A DNA stretch of 64,000 bases. Origin: Strigamia acuminata. Lineage: Eukaryota. The stretch's first letter is position 1. Each line of letters opens with the position of its first letter. The stretch covers positions 23,994,001 through 24,058,000 of the forward strand of contig OX442314.1 in assembly GCA_949358305.1 (NCBI GenBank), written 5' to 3'. This document shows positions 21,017 through 35,500 of this stretch, piece by piece. Under the pieces are notes generated by a model that worked only from the letters and a program-made list of their open reading frames with translations, was not told where the DNA came from and did not search any database. Made by a program: the position numbers and the translations under genes.

Positions 21017-22512
21017 TTCTTTTATGAAGTTTTAATTAAAAAAATATTCTTGCACTCATTTAAAAAAATTAAAGAAGTGCGTTCAAATCGGTGAGAAAAA
21101 TACTTAAAGTTTGTTTAAATGAATAAAAATAAGTAAAATAAATTGGGCAACTTCTAATAAAATAATATTGTTACTAACACACATGATTGTTCAACTGAGA
21201 TTGCGCAAATCGCGTAGTTGTTGCTTACTGTAAGTTAGGGTAAATAAGTGACCAACGCTTTGTTTAAACTTAGGCAAAATATAAATGCAATAACTTAAAA
21301 CGTTTGCTTTAAAGCAGAATTTTGGAAAATATTGTTATTATTATAGTTATTTATGATTAGATTCCGGAATAATCAAACATGAAAGAAATAGTTCTTCCTT
21401 CTTGTAGAGAAAACGATAATATAATTTTTCTGTCTATTAATTTACCATTAACAAAGAATTTCATTCCAAATTCATTCCTGAATTTTTTATATTACCGTAT
21501 GTAATTCAATTATACACATTCATATCATGAATAAAAATTATTTTTTTCTCATTTATGTACCGCAATGTATAAACTTGTTATCTGTAGCGTGTGGCTTTTA
21601 GCTTTCCTCTATTTCGAGTCATTTCTCGTTTTAGACACATATACGTAACGTATTTATAATAGTTTAACACACGGACACATTTTCCAAGCTAAATAGCTGA
21701 AAGTTGTGATTTCGCTAAACATTTAGTTTCAAACACAAATTAATAATACTCTAAATAAATAAAAATACAAAAAAAAATGCCATTAAATGTTAGTAAAAAA
21801 CAAGATATAAATAAAATCTTGAAATGAACCAATGCATTAAGCTTATAAATGTTTTTATTTTTTAAATTGTCAAACGGCAAAACAAACAGTCAATCTCATT
21901 TAGCTTACAATTCCATAAAAATTCAGTTGTCAGTTTGAGTTTTCAATTTTATTTATTTGAGTAAAATGAAAAGAATTAAAGCATTACAAGCGTGGAAACA
22001 TCAAACACCATAATGTGACAAACTGGATGCAGAATAAAAACGCTAATGGACACAACAACAAGACAACAAAATTACAGATGTTTTTCTATGAGAGTTGTCA
22101 GCAATGATGCCCATTTGTGAAAATTTAATGAAAAATATAACACATGGTTCCCATTTTATTTGCGCCACACATGTCGATGTGTCTTTCAATATTGAAAGCG
22201 CGGACGAGAGGACAACACTGTTTATAAGAATTGTATAAGATTCTTTTCTCCTATAAACATACGGTTTATGTTTGTTTTTAACATAAAGAATCGAATGCAT
22301 TCCTTATGTCAAAGGATATGATTGGAAAGCATTATTGTGTGGGTCAAACAAATCGCTATTGAGATGAAAGTAATTACATCCAAGAAGAGAACTTGTCGTG
22401 CCCTCTACTCGGTTACAGTACATCTCCTAATGCACACAATTGTGTATTATACTCATAAAATGACAAAATGCACAATTGGATAAATGAGAAAGAATAATTT
22501 TATTCAAGCCTA

Positions 22513-22990
22513 CCGTCTTCCCCCGAATATAACACCATGGTGTTGTATTCGAGTTTTGTTCGAAATGGCAAGTTTGAAAACATTGACCGAAAATTCGAAT
22601 ATAACACCACTTCAGCTATAACACCATGGTGTTATATTCGAATACAACACCATGGTGTTATATTCGAATTTTTTATTGTTTTCAAATACAACACCATGGT
22701 GTTTTATTCGAATTTTTAAAAAACTATGAAATACGTACAGTGTACGCTTCCAAAACGCAAACAATACAGCACATGTACGTTTTTATTTAGTTTATTTTTA
22801 TTGTTTTTTGTTTTTACTTAAAACACAAAAAATAAAAACATACAAGATATTGTTTGTTTTTTTAATCATAGTCATAAACACATATTAACAATTTTCCTTT
22901 TTTTGCAAACTTACATCTTTTTTTACGAATACAACACCATGGTGTTATATTCGAATACAACACCATGGTGTTTTATTCGGGGGAAGACGG
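22513..22990. mobile_element. Pogo/Tc2-like MITE with palindromic subterminal repeats
   Basis: TA-flanked TIRs CCGTCTTCCCCCGAATA / TATTCGGGGGAAGACGG; repeated CGAATAYAACACCATGGTGTTNTATTCG palindromes. Confidence 0.85.
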
Positions 22991-25900
22991 TAGTGCTTTT
23001 AACAAAGAAGTAATGAACGAAGATTCAAGATGGCGTCGGTCATCAGTGTGGTCCCTTGTTGGGGCGTTTCTCATGGTTGATGGCATCGTCTTGAGTTGTC
23101 AACTGGTCCTTTGGGTCCGATATTTAGGTGGATGCGACGGAATGATCATTTCACTGAAACTGACTTCCTGGCTGGTTGTCTAGGGGATTGGGGAACGTCT
23201 AAACATTAGACCTGATCAGATATTACATTCGGGCACCGGCTTGCTCATAACGCAACACAATCTTAATATTTGCTAGTTAGTTTTGCAGTTAACGCTGCAG
23301 ACACGAATAACTTAGTTCTGTTGTTGTTGTCACGCCGTGCACAAACCTACTGCCGTCGTGTGACCACTCTGGCCAAGTATGGCTGGAGACACTTCACCCA
23401 CTTCTCCTTGTGGCAAATACCTGTCCTTACAGGTGGACGTCTCAGATGGGGAAGTGTGCAATGGAGTCAACACCAAAATAGTTGTAGTGACAACACTATA
23501 AATTCTAGCATTTCCATTAAAGCAAACAAATTGACAAGTAGTCAATTTCACCCTAATTTGTATCCATCTTAACAACAAAAAGTAAGAAAAAAGAAGCAAA
23601 GACAGCCTTAAGACACAAGAAAATTGGATTTGGTTTGGAAAAAAAAATGTATCAACAAAAGTGAACCTGCTTTGTCCGGTAAAAGCCTAAAGTTGATTGA
23701 AAAATTGATTGAAAAAAATCTTTAAAACACGACCCGAAGCATGAAAAAATAAGCAGGTTTGCACAATTGTTTGTTGTGCTGTCTTCGGTGCTTATTTGCA
23801 TACGTCAAAACAGATCCTCCACGAAGAAGCCTCAGACTCCATTCCGGTACTGATCAAACATAAATTTAATAAATGCATTAATTATCCACACGAGTTTGTT
23901 GTCATCTGATACCACTGACACAAACATACTTTCCTGTTATTATTTAAACTAGACTTTCCCCCGCGCAGCTTGTTCTGTATTCTTAAAAATATAAATCACT
24001 TTAAAACACATTAAGTAACATAACTCGTCCATTATCTAATCCTAATCACAATAATGATGTTACGGTATGTGATAACTGATATCTGCACCTTGCAAACATG
24101 GTGGAAACGCGTAACCAATGTTATCGAATTGTGTATAAACTCGCGTATGAATTAGATAGGCCAAACCGCAACCTAATTGTGTGGTCTTCTCAGCTGGACT
24201 TAAATGCTTACTCCATACAGAAGAGCCATATAAACTACCGTAATCGAGTTGACAGTTGTACGGAATGCTCAAATTATATTTGACAACAAATGAGCATTGC
24301 CGAATTCCCCATTTTCTTATTTTCTATTTTTTCTTTTTATTTTATAAGGGGCATTTAAAGCTAAGTGAATTGGACTGGTTATTTCGATTTTTGATTTTCT
24401 TCAACTTGAGAAAGCAGAAAATGGCATTTTACATACAAACTGAAAATCGAATTTTGGTTATGGTAATCGTATTCAGCTTCTCTTAAATTTTCGATGCCAA
24501 ATCGATGATAACTTTGTGCAATTCAATTTTGGTTCAAATAACTTCCGATTACATCAAATTTGTTAATAAAAATATTTCATATTCCACAAAATCAAGTGAA
24601 CTGTGTGGAAAATATCTTTTAAAAGTTACCCAACTGCATCCCCATCATTATCCGTTTAATTCTGCATAAATTTCATTGCAATAACGTACTCTCAACGACT
24701 ACAACACTGAAAATTTGTCTAGCAAGTGCATCTGCGCACTGCATGTAACACAACACGTATATGAAAAAGCCTAATTTATTACACCACAATTTTTCACAGT
24801 TATATCGCTCGCAGAAAAGGATATACTGCGACATAAAGCCAAAGTGGCAGGTGAAGATGCAATGGACACGCACAACACTCACTCTGGGATACGGTTTCAA
24901 GTTTCAGCTTCATTGATCTGATGCAATGATTGTAAGAAAGAAGAATACCTTTTTCGTTTTATGTACCAGGTAAAGTTTGTTTTATCTATTACATATACAG
25001 AAAATGTGGTAGTAATATTTATTACGTCTTTTCTTTTAAATCGCACGTTTCTATGCTCTTTACTTGTTTAAATTTCCTTCATAGATCCACCCAAACGACT
25101 AAGGAAATAAAAGATATGATACATAATATAGAATAATGCATTAAGTTGGTGTAATGCTTTGATTTTCATACAAAATATCCAGTTTCCAACTGTTCCATTT
25201 GGTTTTTACAGCTTTAAAGATATCTCTTACCGTAATTTCTTTTATATTAAACTGTTAGAAATAAAAGAAATCAGATGTTCAAATTGCTAAATTATCAACA
25301 AAATGATACTGCAATGTCCTTCATATTTTTTATAGTGCAACAACACTCTTTTTCAAGAGCCCATTCCAAAGCAACTAGTCTCCAACCAAAATAAAAAGTA
25401 AAACCAAGACACTGCTCAATTCAATTATTAAAGTAAAGACTACACGCAGAATAAATCTAATTAGAAATTAGTTACATCCTGTGTCGTTTGAAGTGTAAAG
25501 TTAAAGTCATGCATAGTTTAAAGACATGTTTATTTATCACTTTAGTACCTGATTATATCAAAATAAAGTAATAAATTATATCTAATGGTCCTTAAAAGAG
25601 AACTATTTCCATTCTGCAACTCCATATGCTACAATTGTGCAACTCTATTCTATACAACAATAAAACCGTAACTTAGCACTTAGCAAATTCGATATTACGG
25701 CACATCACATGCATTATCCTATGTAAAAGATAGCGTTGCACATTTAAATCTTTTACTGTTTTGTAAATCAACTTTAAAGATGTTGATAAAACCACCAAAA
25801 ATAAATCTTCTCAATTTGCCCACATCAATCTTGACCCCACTTTCATTTTCTACTATGGTGTGCGTAGTGTACATCCTCGGAGCAAAGATACGGCATTTAA

Positions 25901-28900
25901 ACCCGTGTTGTTCATTCAACACTGTGCTCATAGAAAGAAATCAAATGAACTACATTTCAGCTTGTAATCACCAATACAAAAAATGCAATCCCATTTTTCG
26001 CTGAATGGAATAAATCAAATTAAAGTCCATTGAATTTGTGCAGCATCCGACAATGGCAAGAATTCCCCAGAAACCGTCCCAGTAACCATGGAAACTCTAA
26101 ACAGTACATATGATGTTGTGTATCTCGCTTTTTAATGCATTTCTTCTCCCAGTGCAACGTGAGACGCGCACGACTTGAATAGATACATTTTTTCCTACCC
26201 ATCTATTTCCATCGAAATTGCATCATATAAACACACAATGTAAAGAAAGAAATAACAATTCTAAAGATAGAGGAGGAATCCTGCGCACCTTTCTCGCTTT
26301 GTGCAAACTTCACTGCACTGCATCCAATTCATTCAAAACTAGAAATTAGATTAAATCTTGCATACGTATAAAACCAGACGTAGATACAAGCCCTTTAATG
26401 ACTTGGACGGATAATCTGTTGCTTTCTACAAGTTAAATCCCATTAAATTAGAAATTAATCACCAAATGAGTTACTTGATTGAGAGTTGGCGTAAAACACA
26501 CAGAAAATAATGGCCTGCGATGTGTTTATTGGGATAATTGAGCAGAACCCCTAAATCCAATCAAGTATCTAATTTTAAACTCGTTAAAAACATGAAATCA
26601 CATGCTCAAGACGTGCCAACACTTCAGCTTTACTTAGTGGAAAACTGCGAGCAAATAAGAAAATAACGATGTTATTTGTCGAGTTAAAAATTGGCAATCT
26701 ATTCTCAGAAAGCGACCGCTATCTTATCAACCTCTTTGGTGAATTGAAAGTGTCGCAGTGAAGCCGCCATTCTTCCAATGATCAAAAGACGGAATTTTTT
26801 TCAATTTACAATCTATATTTACGCGTTCTGCTCATGATGCGACAATATTTTGCTAGACACGAGATGTCTGTGTTGATTTACTGCAGTTACCAGATTGAAG
26901 CTCCGATCAAAAACAACGCAGTTCTTTCTAGTTTGCTCTACCCATAAACACCTTTTCCAACCATCCATCAAACTACGTACATTAGAAAGAATGTGCTACT
27001 TCAAGGAAACTTTGAAGATTATTTATGGATTCTTACATACGGCATACACAAGATTTGTGCTGCTGATATTTTCTTAAAGAAAGTGTAGTTTTAATTAAAT
27101 ATCGGGAGAGTAAATGACGACTGTGTACGCATTGATCGATTTGTGACAACTAATTTTATTTAGAATCAAAAGACATTTTATATAGTTAAATGGTGCGGTA
27201 ATCCATTAATGAGGCTCGAAAGGATGATCCTTCATTCAACAAAACGTTGTATCTTAATGTATTTTTGTACTACGTTAGTTAAATGGATAAATTTCCGTAC
27301 AAAAAGTTTGAGATATATTGATTAGAGTGAATGAAAACATTTTTAAAAAATATTTATTGTTGCACTTGCAATCTTTGCAAGTGCATTTCCATGTAGATAC
27401 CTTTAGGTGAGTTATGAACAAAATTTCTACATTATATAAACCATCAAGTCAGGAATTTTTACTTTTAAATAGAAGAGAAAAAATAAAATTGTCGAGGAGA
27501 GTCTTTAAGAAATCGTGTAAACTTCCGAAGAAATCGTTTATTTCAAATTTCACACCTAAATAAGGAAAAAAAAATATGCAGTATACTAAGACGCCCTTCC
27601 ACTTTAACAAATCATAATTCTTCAGAGTTCTAACACGCATTAAAAATGGAATAAGATTTTAAATTTTCAATCTAATAAACCAAATTTGCAATTACGCACC
27701 ACATCAAAAGCCGGTAATTGAATTTGTTTAAACACACAAAAACGTCTGACATCTTCATCTGTCATCAATTAATTAGATTCTAAATTTGCTTCCAATTGTA
27801 ACCAAAAAAAAATAGAACACAAAAACAAACCAAACAAAACTCAAAATGTCACATTTGAAATAATGTGTCGCGCTCTCTTCCTCTCGAGGAAAATTCCTCG
27901 CTACAAAGGCCTTCTCGTCAGGTGACACACAACACCCAACGAGGAGCGAGCTGAGGCCACTCCACCTTCCCAGGGCAGATGCTCACTCACAAAGGAGCTT
28001 CGCGACCCACCGAGGAAGACAAAAAGCCCCTCACGAAGCAAAAGTGGGTCAGGATGGAGCAAGTTCTCCTCACTGACCCTCCTCATGGTCACTACAAATG
28101 TGTTTTGACATCAAATTATACACAGCAAGGCACGTTTCGCTGCGTGTTGCCAAAACATGTGTCTTACATCCATCAGAGCCAAACTATCTTCACAGTTGCA
28201 TCTCGCATTCCGAATAAAAACCACCAACCCTTGCCACAATCTTTCCAAACAGCTCCACAAATACGTGCCAACATCATATCCCCGCAGTCAATCCCCCATT
28301 TCTTTTAACCATAAATTCTCAAAGTGCATGTCAAAACACAGACAAAAGAAACATTAATTTTTTACCACCAGATGTAATTTATCATATACCATGACACTTA
28401 CACGCCTATACCTGCTCCTAGAAATCAATGAGATGCCTGATTGTGACCATGTGGACAAACCTCTTGAAATGATGTCATATTTCCAATAAATCACACCAAC
28501 TACTGCCAACAACTGAGCCCCACGATCAGTCAGGATATTCAAATCACAATTTGTACGCCATCTAATGTCTGCAGACAACATCATCACCCTTTCTGTTTGG
28601 GTTTGCCCGATGCAAAACCACTTTTGGTAAAATGCAGGAAAACCTCGCTTAACCTTAAGCTATAAATGCCAAGAGACGGAAAAATGCACTACCAATATGT
28701 TAGATTTAATTAAATGAAACCAATTTTTTTGCAGCAATATTAATTTCACAAAGTAAATATTTTTTCCTGTGAAAATAAAAAAAATAATAAAAACATTTTC
28801 TATTTCTTCCATCTTCTTATTTATCATTTCATATTTTATTCAAGCGTGTTTTGTTCGCGGTGAATAACACGAAACACAATAGAATGAAATTACAATAAAA

Positions 28901-31900
28901 TAATACTTTCTAGATTTCCCTATTCAAAAAGGAGGAAATGCTACAACAAAAGAGACGACTAATGTGGAATTCAATACCTACACGAGTGACACTACGTGCA
29001 ATAATTAATAATTATGACCTTTGTCAAGTAAAGGATAAATTATCGGTGCTCCTAATTTGGACCTTTATTGGCAGCACTCACGACCCATTAAGAATGAAGC
29101 AAAGGCAATAATCAAGAGAAGCTTTTAAGTTTATAGCAGAACCAAAAGGGGCGCTGTAGAAGTCTTTTAAACAGCGAGTGTTGGTTTATCCAACCCGAAT
29201 AGCTAACAATGACACCCAAGTGAGAAGACTTGATTGAAATTAGCTTTTTGATGTCTAGAGGAAAAAGGAAACAAAATTTTACGACATTTCAGCAAATGCT
29301 GAGTTTGAAATTAATTGGTCGTCTTGGAAAATAAAATGACATAAATAAAAAAATGGAACTTTGCATTAATTCAACTTGTGCACGAGTTGAAGACTAATCA
29401 AATCACTCGGATCTGTAGTCTACACCATTAATTTCGGTGCAAAAATCCCAAATTGCTAATTATATTTGGGGAAAAAACACTCTGCCCAACAGAGGACTAA
29501 TTCAATTTAAGTGGTATATACCCTTAATATCATGAGGTAAGTGAAACGAGTCTTCAGACTTGATGTTATTACACATCAGCAACTGAGTGGAAGTAGCAAA
29601 CCAGCTGCGTGCATTTACATTGCTATTTAATAAATAAAAAACCATTTGGAGTTTATAGATTTAGGAATAAAAAGAAAAATGTTCGTCGTGCCAAATCCAA
29701 ATGGATGTGCATTACAGTCGGTTGCTTTGTCAAACATGTAGGGAAACATTATTTTTATCCATTTCGTTGTCATTTTAATTTTTCATGAATCATTTGGATC
29801 GAAATGTAGTGCGTTATTGTGTTTTTCTGAATGATGCTGTTCTTTGTTTGTGTTGTGGTAAAACAGCCTAGTTTTTATTGTGTGATAACACACCAAATAA
29901 AAGACAATGCCCTCACTTTGATACCATCAACATCATTCCCAGAATGACACGAACACAAGAGAAAATAAAGATCTAATGGAGTGATAAGTTAATTTCATTT
30001 GTGTAAGTTTTAGCATTAAATAGTTTTCGAGGTTTAAAACCCTGGAAATTTGCAATTTTGGTATTTCTGGATTTTATTGGATGTAAAGTTCAACGAATAT
30101 GTCAGCAATTCATTGGAAAATGCGAGAAATTCATCGATAATTTTAGAAATTCTTGGTTCATCTCAGAAATTCGATATGAAAATTAATCTTTAAAAAAAAC
30201 AATAAAAATTAGTGGAACAATCTAAAATAATTCTTGAAAAGAAATTGAAAATTTAAATTAAAAAATTTCAGAAATTCATAAAAAATCAAGATTTATAATT
30301 GATTTCATGTATATTTCTACAATTTTTATTCAATGTCAAAAATATTTCGAGTAAATTCCTAAGATTTTTACGGAGTATTTGTTTTCTAATAAATTTCACT
30401 TTAAATAGCGCTGAATGAGCCGTTTTGCTTTCTGATTTGTCTGCATCCTCCATCTTAATTTTCCCTTCTTTGAAAATTCGGCGCTGACATACAAAAAGAA
30501 TGGTTTCATTTTCTTAAAATGCTTCAGATATTAAAGCTTGATTTTTTTGCCTCTTGGTATTTCCAGTTTAAAGCTAACTTAAGCTTCTCTGCAGTTCGAC
30601 AAAATCGTTCCAGCTTGTGACAATCCCCAACAGTATGTGGGCGCAGAACATCTGCAAAAACCAGTTCAATTGCAAGCTTGTTGCTCAATGGTTTGCTGCT
30701 GTATTTCACAGCTGAGCAAGATTCTAATATTTTCACTTAAAGACAATTTTTGTCCAAAAAAATATCAACACTATACTACAGTTTTAACAATAACAAATTT
30801 CTTACTTTTGTAATTGCATTATTTGCAATATCAGAAACTCTCTGAATCTGCAACACCCCAGAAAATCAAATAAGAGCATTGTTGGTGAAATTTGGTTAGC
30901 TCGACCGGTTTTTTCCAATGCAAAACCCAAACAAACAGAGAATAGAAAGTGCTCAAACTTAATAGACCAAATAGAAAAAACAAAAAAGGGAAAAACAATT
31001 ACCAACCAACCCGTGTCTTCTAACTTGGTTATAGTGCAAATGTGTGTGTGTACCTTTTTATACAAGCAACACATGTGAAACCATTGACTCAAGCCTAAAC
31101 CAGTAACAAGAACTTAAATGTTGCACTTCCTTGCAAAGTGTGTGGCCTCTATAAAAACTAACGCAACAGAAAAATTTAAAATTCTCTTTCAAATCCAAAA
31201 AAATTTCCAGTCTGTCTTGTTTAAAATAAAGTAAAAAGCCTGTTCATTTATACATAGTACCTACCTTTCTCCATTTTACTTGCAAAATATCCAACAACAT
31301 CCACTCTCTTCAATTCAATCAACAAATTTGCCTGATTAAATAACAAAGTTTGTATTTAGTCTCAACATACAGATACAAAACTCCATCTACATCTTAAAAC
31401 TGAATATATATATTACAAATTACAATGTTTGTGTAAGCTAAACACAATTAAATAACTTATCTTCAACAAACTGGTTTGCAAAATTCGATTTAAATACACA
31501 CTTTATAACGTATGCTATGTAAACTTTTCTGAATTTCGTTAAAGACTAACAAATTCGATTTAAACAAACACTTATGACTTGTTTTTAAAGAATGTGTTTG
31601 GATTGTGGTTTTAAATGAATTTTGTTAGGAACTGAGAAATTCGATTTAAACAAACATATTGTGTGGTAATCCCAAATTACGACTAATAAAGGAAATTCCT
31701 TAAATCTAATAATTTTATGTGAGTCTAATTTGAGTACCAAAAGGATTGCAAGAATCATCCAGGCACTACAGGATGTAGCCCCTATCTTGTGTGGGAAACA
31801 AGATAAGATCTAGGGACTACAGGATGTGCTACATCCTGTTAGCAGTGAGAGCAGCTGCTAAGAACTCAGTCTGAAACCAAACCTGAACCTGAAAACACCT

Positions 31901-32262
31901 CCTGAAAAACACACAACTGAAAACCACTGAAAATCATTGTTTGTTATGGGAGAAAACTTCACTTCAGATTTAGGCTCACTTCTTGAAATAACACAAGGTT
32001 ATTTCGAGATACACAATTGGTAATTCTCTTCCCAACAAGAAGAGAGGGATTACACTCTTCTCCAAGTAAGAGTCAGCTCACACTCTTTGCTGAAAAGAGT
32101 CAAGATTCTCCAGTCGCCACGGCTAGGACGCTCGCCCATCGTCGCAACAAGCGTTGGGTTGAAGGAGGGAGAATCACCACGTTGCCGAACGTAAGCAGAT
32201 CTAGTTTACGGGACTTCCCGACTAAGACAGCGGAATTCCGCTTGCGTTTGTATTCCGCTCGT

Positions 32263-32580
32263 ATGAGTGGAAATATTCCGTTGGAACCAATTCCCGAGAC
32301 GTACGAAGACATCGCGGACGAGTTACAGCCACGACCGGTGTATCTCGAGTTGAGAACAGTCCAGGACAAGCCGCAGCCCGCCACGAGGACGCAGACGAGG
32401 ACCGAGGCCAACGTCAACTTCCAATTTGACGTCCGAGCGAACGCCATCACTCACGCCGAACGATTGGATGCAATCCGCCGATTCCGGACGGAATCAATCG
32501 TGTTCATCGCCTCAGTATTTTTCCTTATTTCTCTTTTCCTCGTCATATCATATTTCGTTATTCAATCATACATTAATTAA
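32263..32580 (+). CDS. Hypothetical 105-aa protein with a C-terminal hydrophobic segment (origin unknown)
   Basis: Locally GC-richer ORF (open from 32017) ending in IVFIASVFFLISLFLVISYFVI; no recognisable family. Confidence 0.3.
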   Translation: MSGNIPLEPIPETYEDIADELQPRPVYLELRTVQDKPQPATRTQTRTEANVNFQFDVRANAITHAERLDAIRRFRTESIVFIASVFFLISLFLVISYFVIQSYIN

Positions 32581-35500
32581 CCTTTCTAATTCATATTATT
32601 CTCAAAGTCTGGAAAACCCAGCATTGTATTATTTATAAGATTTGATATTGTAAGATAATTCCGGATCGGAATTATCCCCTTTCAGAGCAAAGTATTTTTA
32701 TTAAAAGTCAGAGAGTATAATTATAAACTTAGTAATTATTTTTTAGTGTTTGTAAGTCTTTTTAAAAGCAATCCTAGCAGTCTTGAGTCTACTACATTCG
32801 AGATTGTTACAATTGTAATAAATTTTGAAATTGTTAAAACCACGTTTTACAGAGTGCAAATCAACTTTAACTATATTTTTTTACAACTCATTTGTAAATC
32901 ATCAATAAAATATTGTTTATGGGGATGGTTTGCCAAGAAAATCTGTGCCAAGATCACTAATTCTGGAAGAACATGCGCAGACTTAATTTCACAGAAAGTC
33001 AATAGGATCTCCATTTGAAGCCAACTCTTCTATTAATCAAGGATTGGGATAGATTAAAACCTCGAATCTTGAGGACTATTTTTCTATCCTTTAATGGATA
33101 AACAAGATTAACACTTGACCTTTCAAGTTGTTTTTCAACGAAACTTCTTACTGATTTCAATGTGGCAATCAATTTCAGAATCCCTGCATTCTCATTAAAC
33201 ACAACTGCTTTTCAAGATTATTCTAAATTAATTTTTTTCTCTCTCCCGCCTTATCCAAAAAGGTATTGGTTTTCTTTTCACATTGTGAATTCAGTAAGAA
33301 TTTGAATATTGGAATGAATGATTGCAATTTGCAGCGCAAGAAAAAAAACTGATCAAGAAGCAAGGAAACAATATCAGCCCCATTTGTTCCCAAGAGACCA
33401 CCTTTGAAAATAAAAATACTTTTTCACAGAAAAATTGCATATTTTTTTAGTTATTTCCAATAACATTTTTATGAAATAATGAATGACATTACCACAAACA
33501 ATCAGTCATTGAGGTTTTGCTTAAAACATTCATCAGGAATCAAAATAGTAAATTTCCATTCTTTTCTATGAAATAACACCAAAAAAGAGGCAGATAATTG
33601 TGCACAACTGCGTGTGTAATAAGATTCCAACCATCTATATGGAAATTAAGCTTAAAGACATTATTTTTTGCATAGAAACAATTCAAGCTGAACTGAATTG
33701 CTAAAAACTCGCTACGTCGTCGCATTGCGATGATAAATTCCAGTCTTAGTTAGTCATTACACATTTCCCCAACAGTAAAGATTATCGTGAAATTATTAAT
33801 CGATAAATATATGGTTTCATTTTCCAGATGAGGCGTAAAAAGAGTATTAAAGATTAATACTGAAAAGAGGTCACGTGACATTGAATAATCGAAATCCGAT
33901 AGCATCTCGAGATGCTGAGTAAGATTAAAAATTTGTTTGTCACTTGCAACTTGCAAATCCAAAGTAATATTTCTTTCCCTTGGAGGATCCAGAATTTCAA
34001 TTTCGGTTTCGGCGATCAAAGAGACCGAAATTCAAAGTGACCCTCGAATTAATCCTGAAATATGAGCAAAGTGACGATAGATTATAGCTTTTAATGGCAA
34101 AGTTTCAATTTGGAATTCCGGAAATCTGTTATTGTGACATCAGCAAATCCCCATAACGCTTCCCTGCATTGCACAACGTCACACATGGATGCCACCTTTG
34201 TTCAGTATCTAGTGATAACAATTTGAGTAGATAGAGTGAAGCGTGTGCTAACATGCCAAAAACAATTCACTCGGAGAAAATAAGATCACAATTATCCAGA
34301 TAAACTGAGCGATGATGTGCTTACCTGCCAAAAAAAATATAATTCACTTTCAGCAAATAATATCACAATTTTCTAGATAAAATGAAGAAAAAAAAAACTG
34401 CAAATCACTTGAATCTAGTCTGACTGAGCAAGCACCGGTGTGTTTTATGCCAAAACAATAAAGCTCTTCAACTCAAATGTGTTGATCATTCAGACCGTTC
34501 TTTTGGAAATTTTCTGTCAATTTTTAAAATTTTATTATCAAGAATTTGTTTTTGCACTTTAATGGGTTTGAATATAATTATTTCACGCACGTAACTTCTG
34601 TCTGATAGTCTTTTTCTGTATATTTACACCGATTGTTGGATCCTGTTAATGTTAACCAGAATATATTTTGTTGTTGTGCATGAAGCTAATGAATAATGAA
34701 AAGACGTTTCAGAAGAGGGAACAAGAAGCGATTTCGAATGGCAACAAGCAACACATGGCAGACTAAATGTAATTTAATGTCGCTTTGAAACCTTTTTCGC
34801 TGCAACAGACAACACTCATTAAATTCAGCCTCCAACTAGTGGGCGTTGCCAAGATACAAGCCGCACAATTGGAGCTGTAAACTACTATTTGAAGCGGTCT
34901 CAAATTAAGTAAAAAAAACAAACTTGATTGCTAAAATCCACGTGTCCACAAAGAAAAAAAAAAGTAAAATTATGTCAGTATACTTCGAAAAAAATAAAAA
35001 TAAAAATTTACCTATTAATTTCTGATGCAAATAAAGATAAAATAATCTCTTCGACGTTGCACATTAAAGTTATTAATTAAATCGACAAGAAATTTCAGAT
35101 TAAATTACTGAGAATTAAAGCGGTAATGAAAAAGTCACATTAGACTAATGACCCAATAAACATTTTTTAAAAAAATCTTTAAAATGATTTCCAGAAGCGA
35201 TCAAAAGTAAAACAAAACCATCAACATTTGCCACGTTTGTTTCACTAGTTCTGCCAACTTTTGCTATAAAAATAAAAAACATATTGGAAAAAAAAATCTG
35301 AAAGCCTTCTTTCCATGCATTAAAAAACAATAAAAACCGAGTCTCACCAGCAAAAAAAAATTTTCCACGTTTTTTTTTACATTTCCAAAAAAAAGAAAAG
35401 AAAAAAAAGAGTAAAAGCAAACTAAAATGTCTCTAATTCGATTTGACGTTCTTTTGAACATTGTATAACTGAATAAATTAAGTTAATTGCGATCTTACGG

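Noticed and set aside
33750..34019. Extra Nmdar2 exon
   Set aside because: The exons ending at 42522 and starting at 5737 already join in phase with continuous GluN2 sequence; this ORF does not resemble a glutamate receptor
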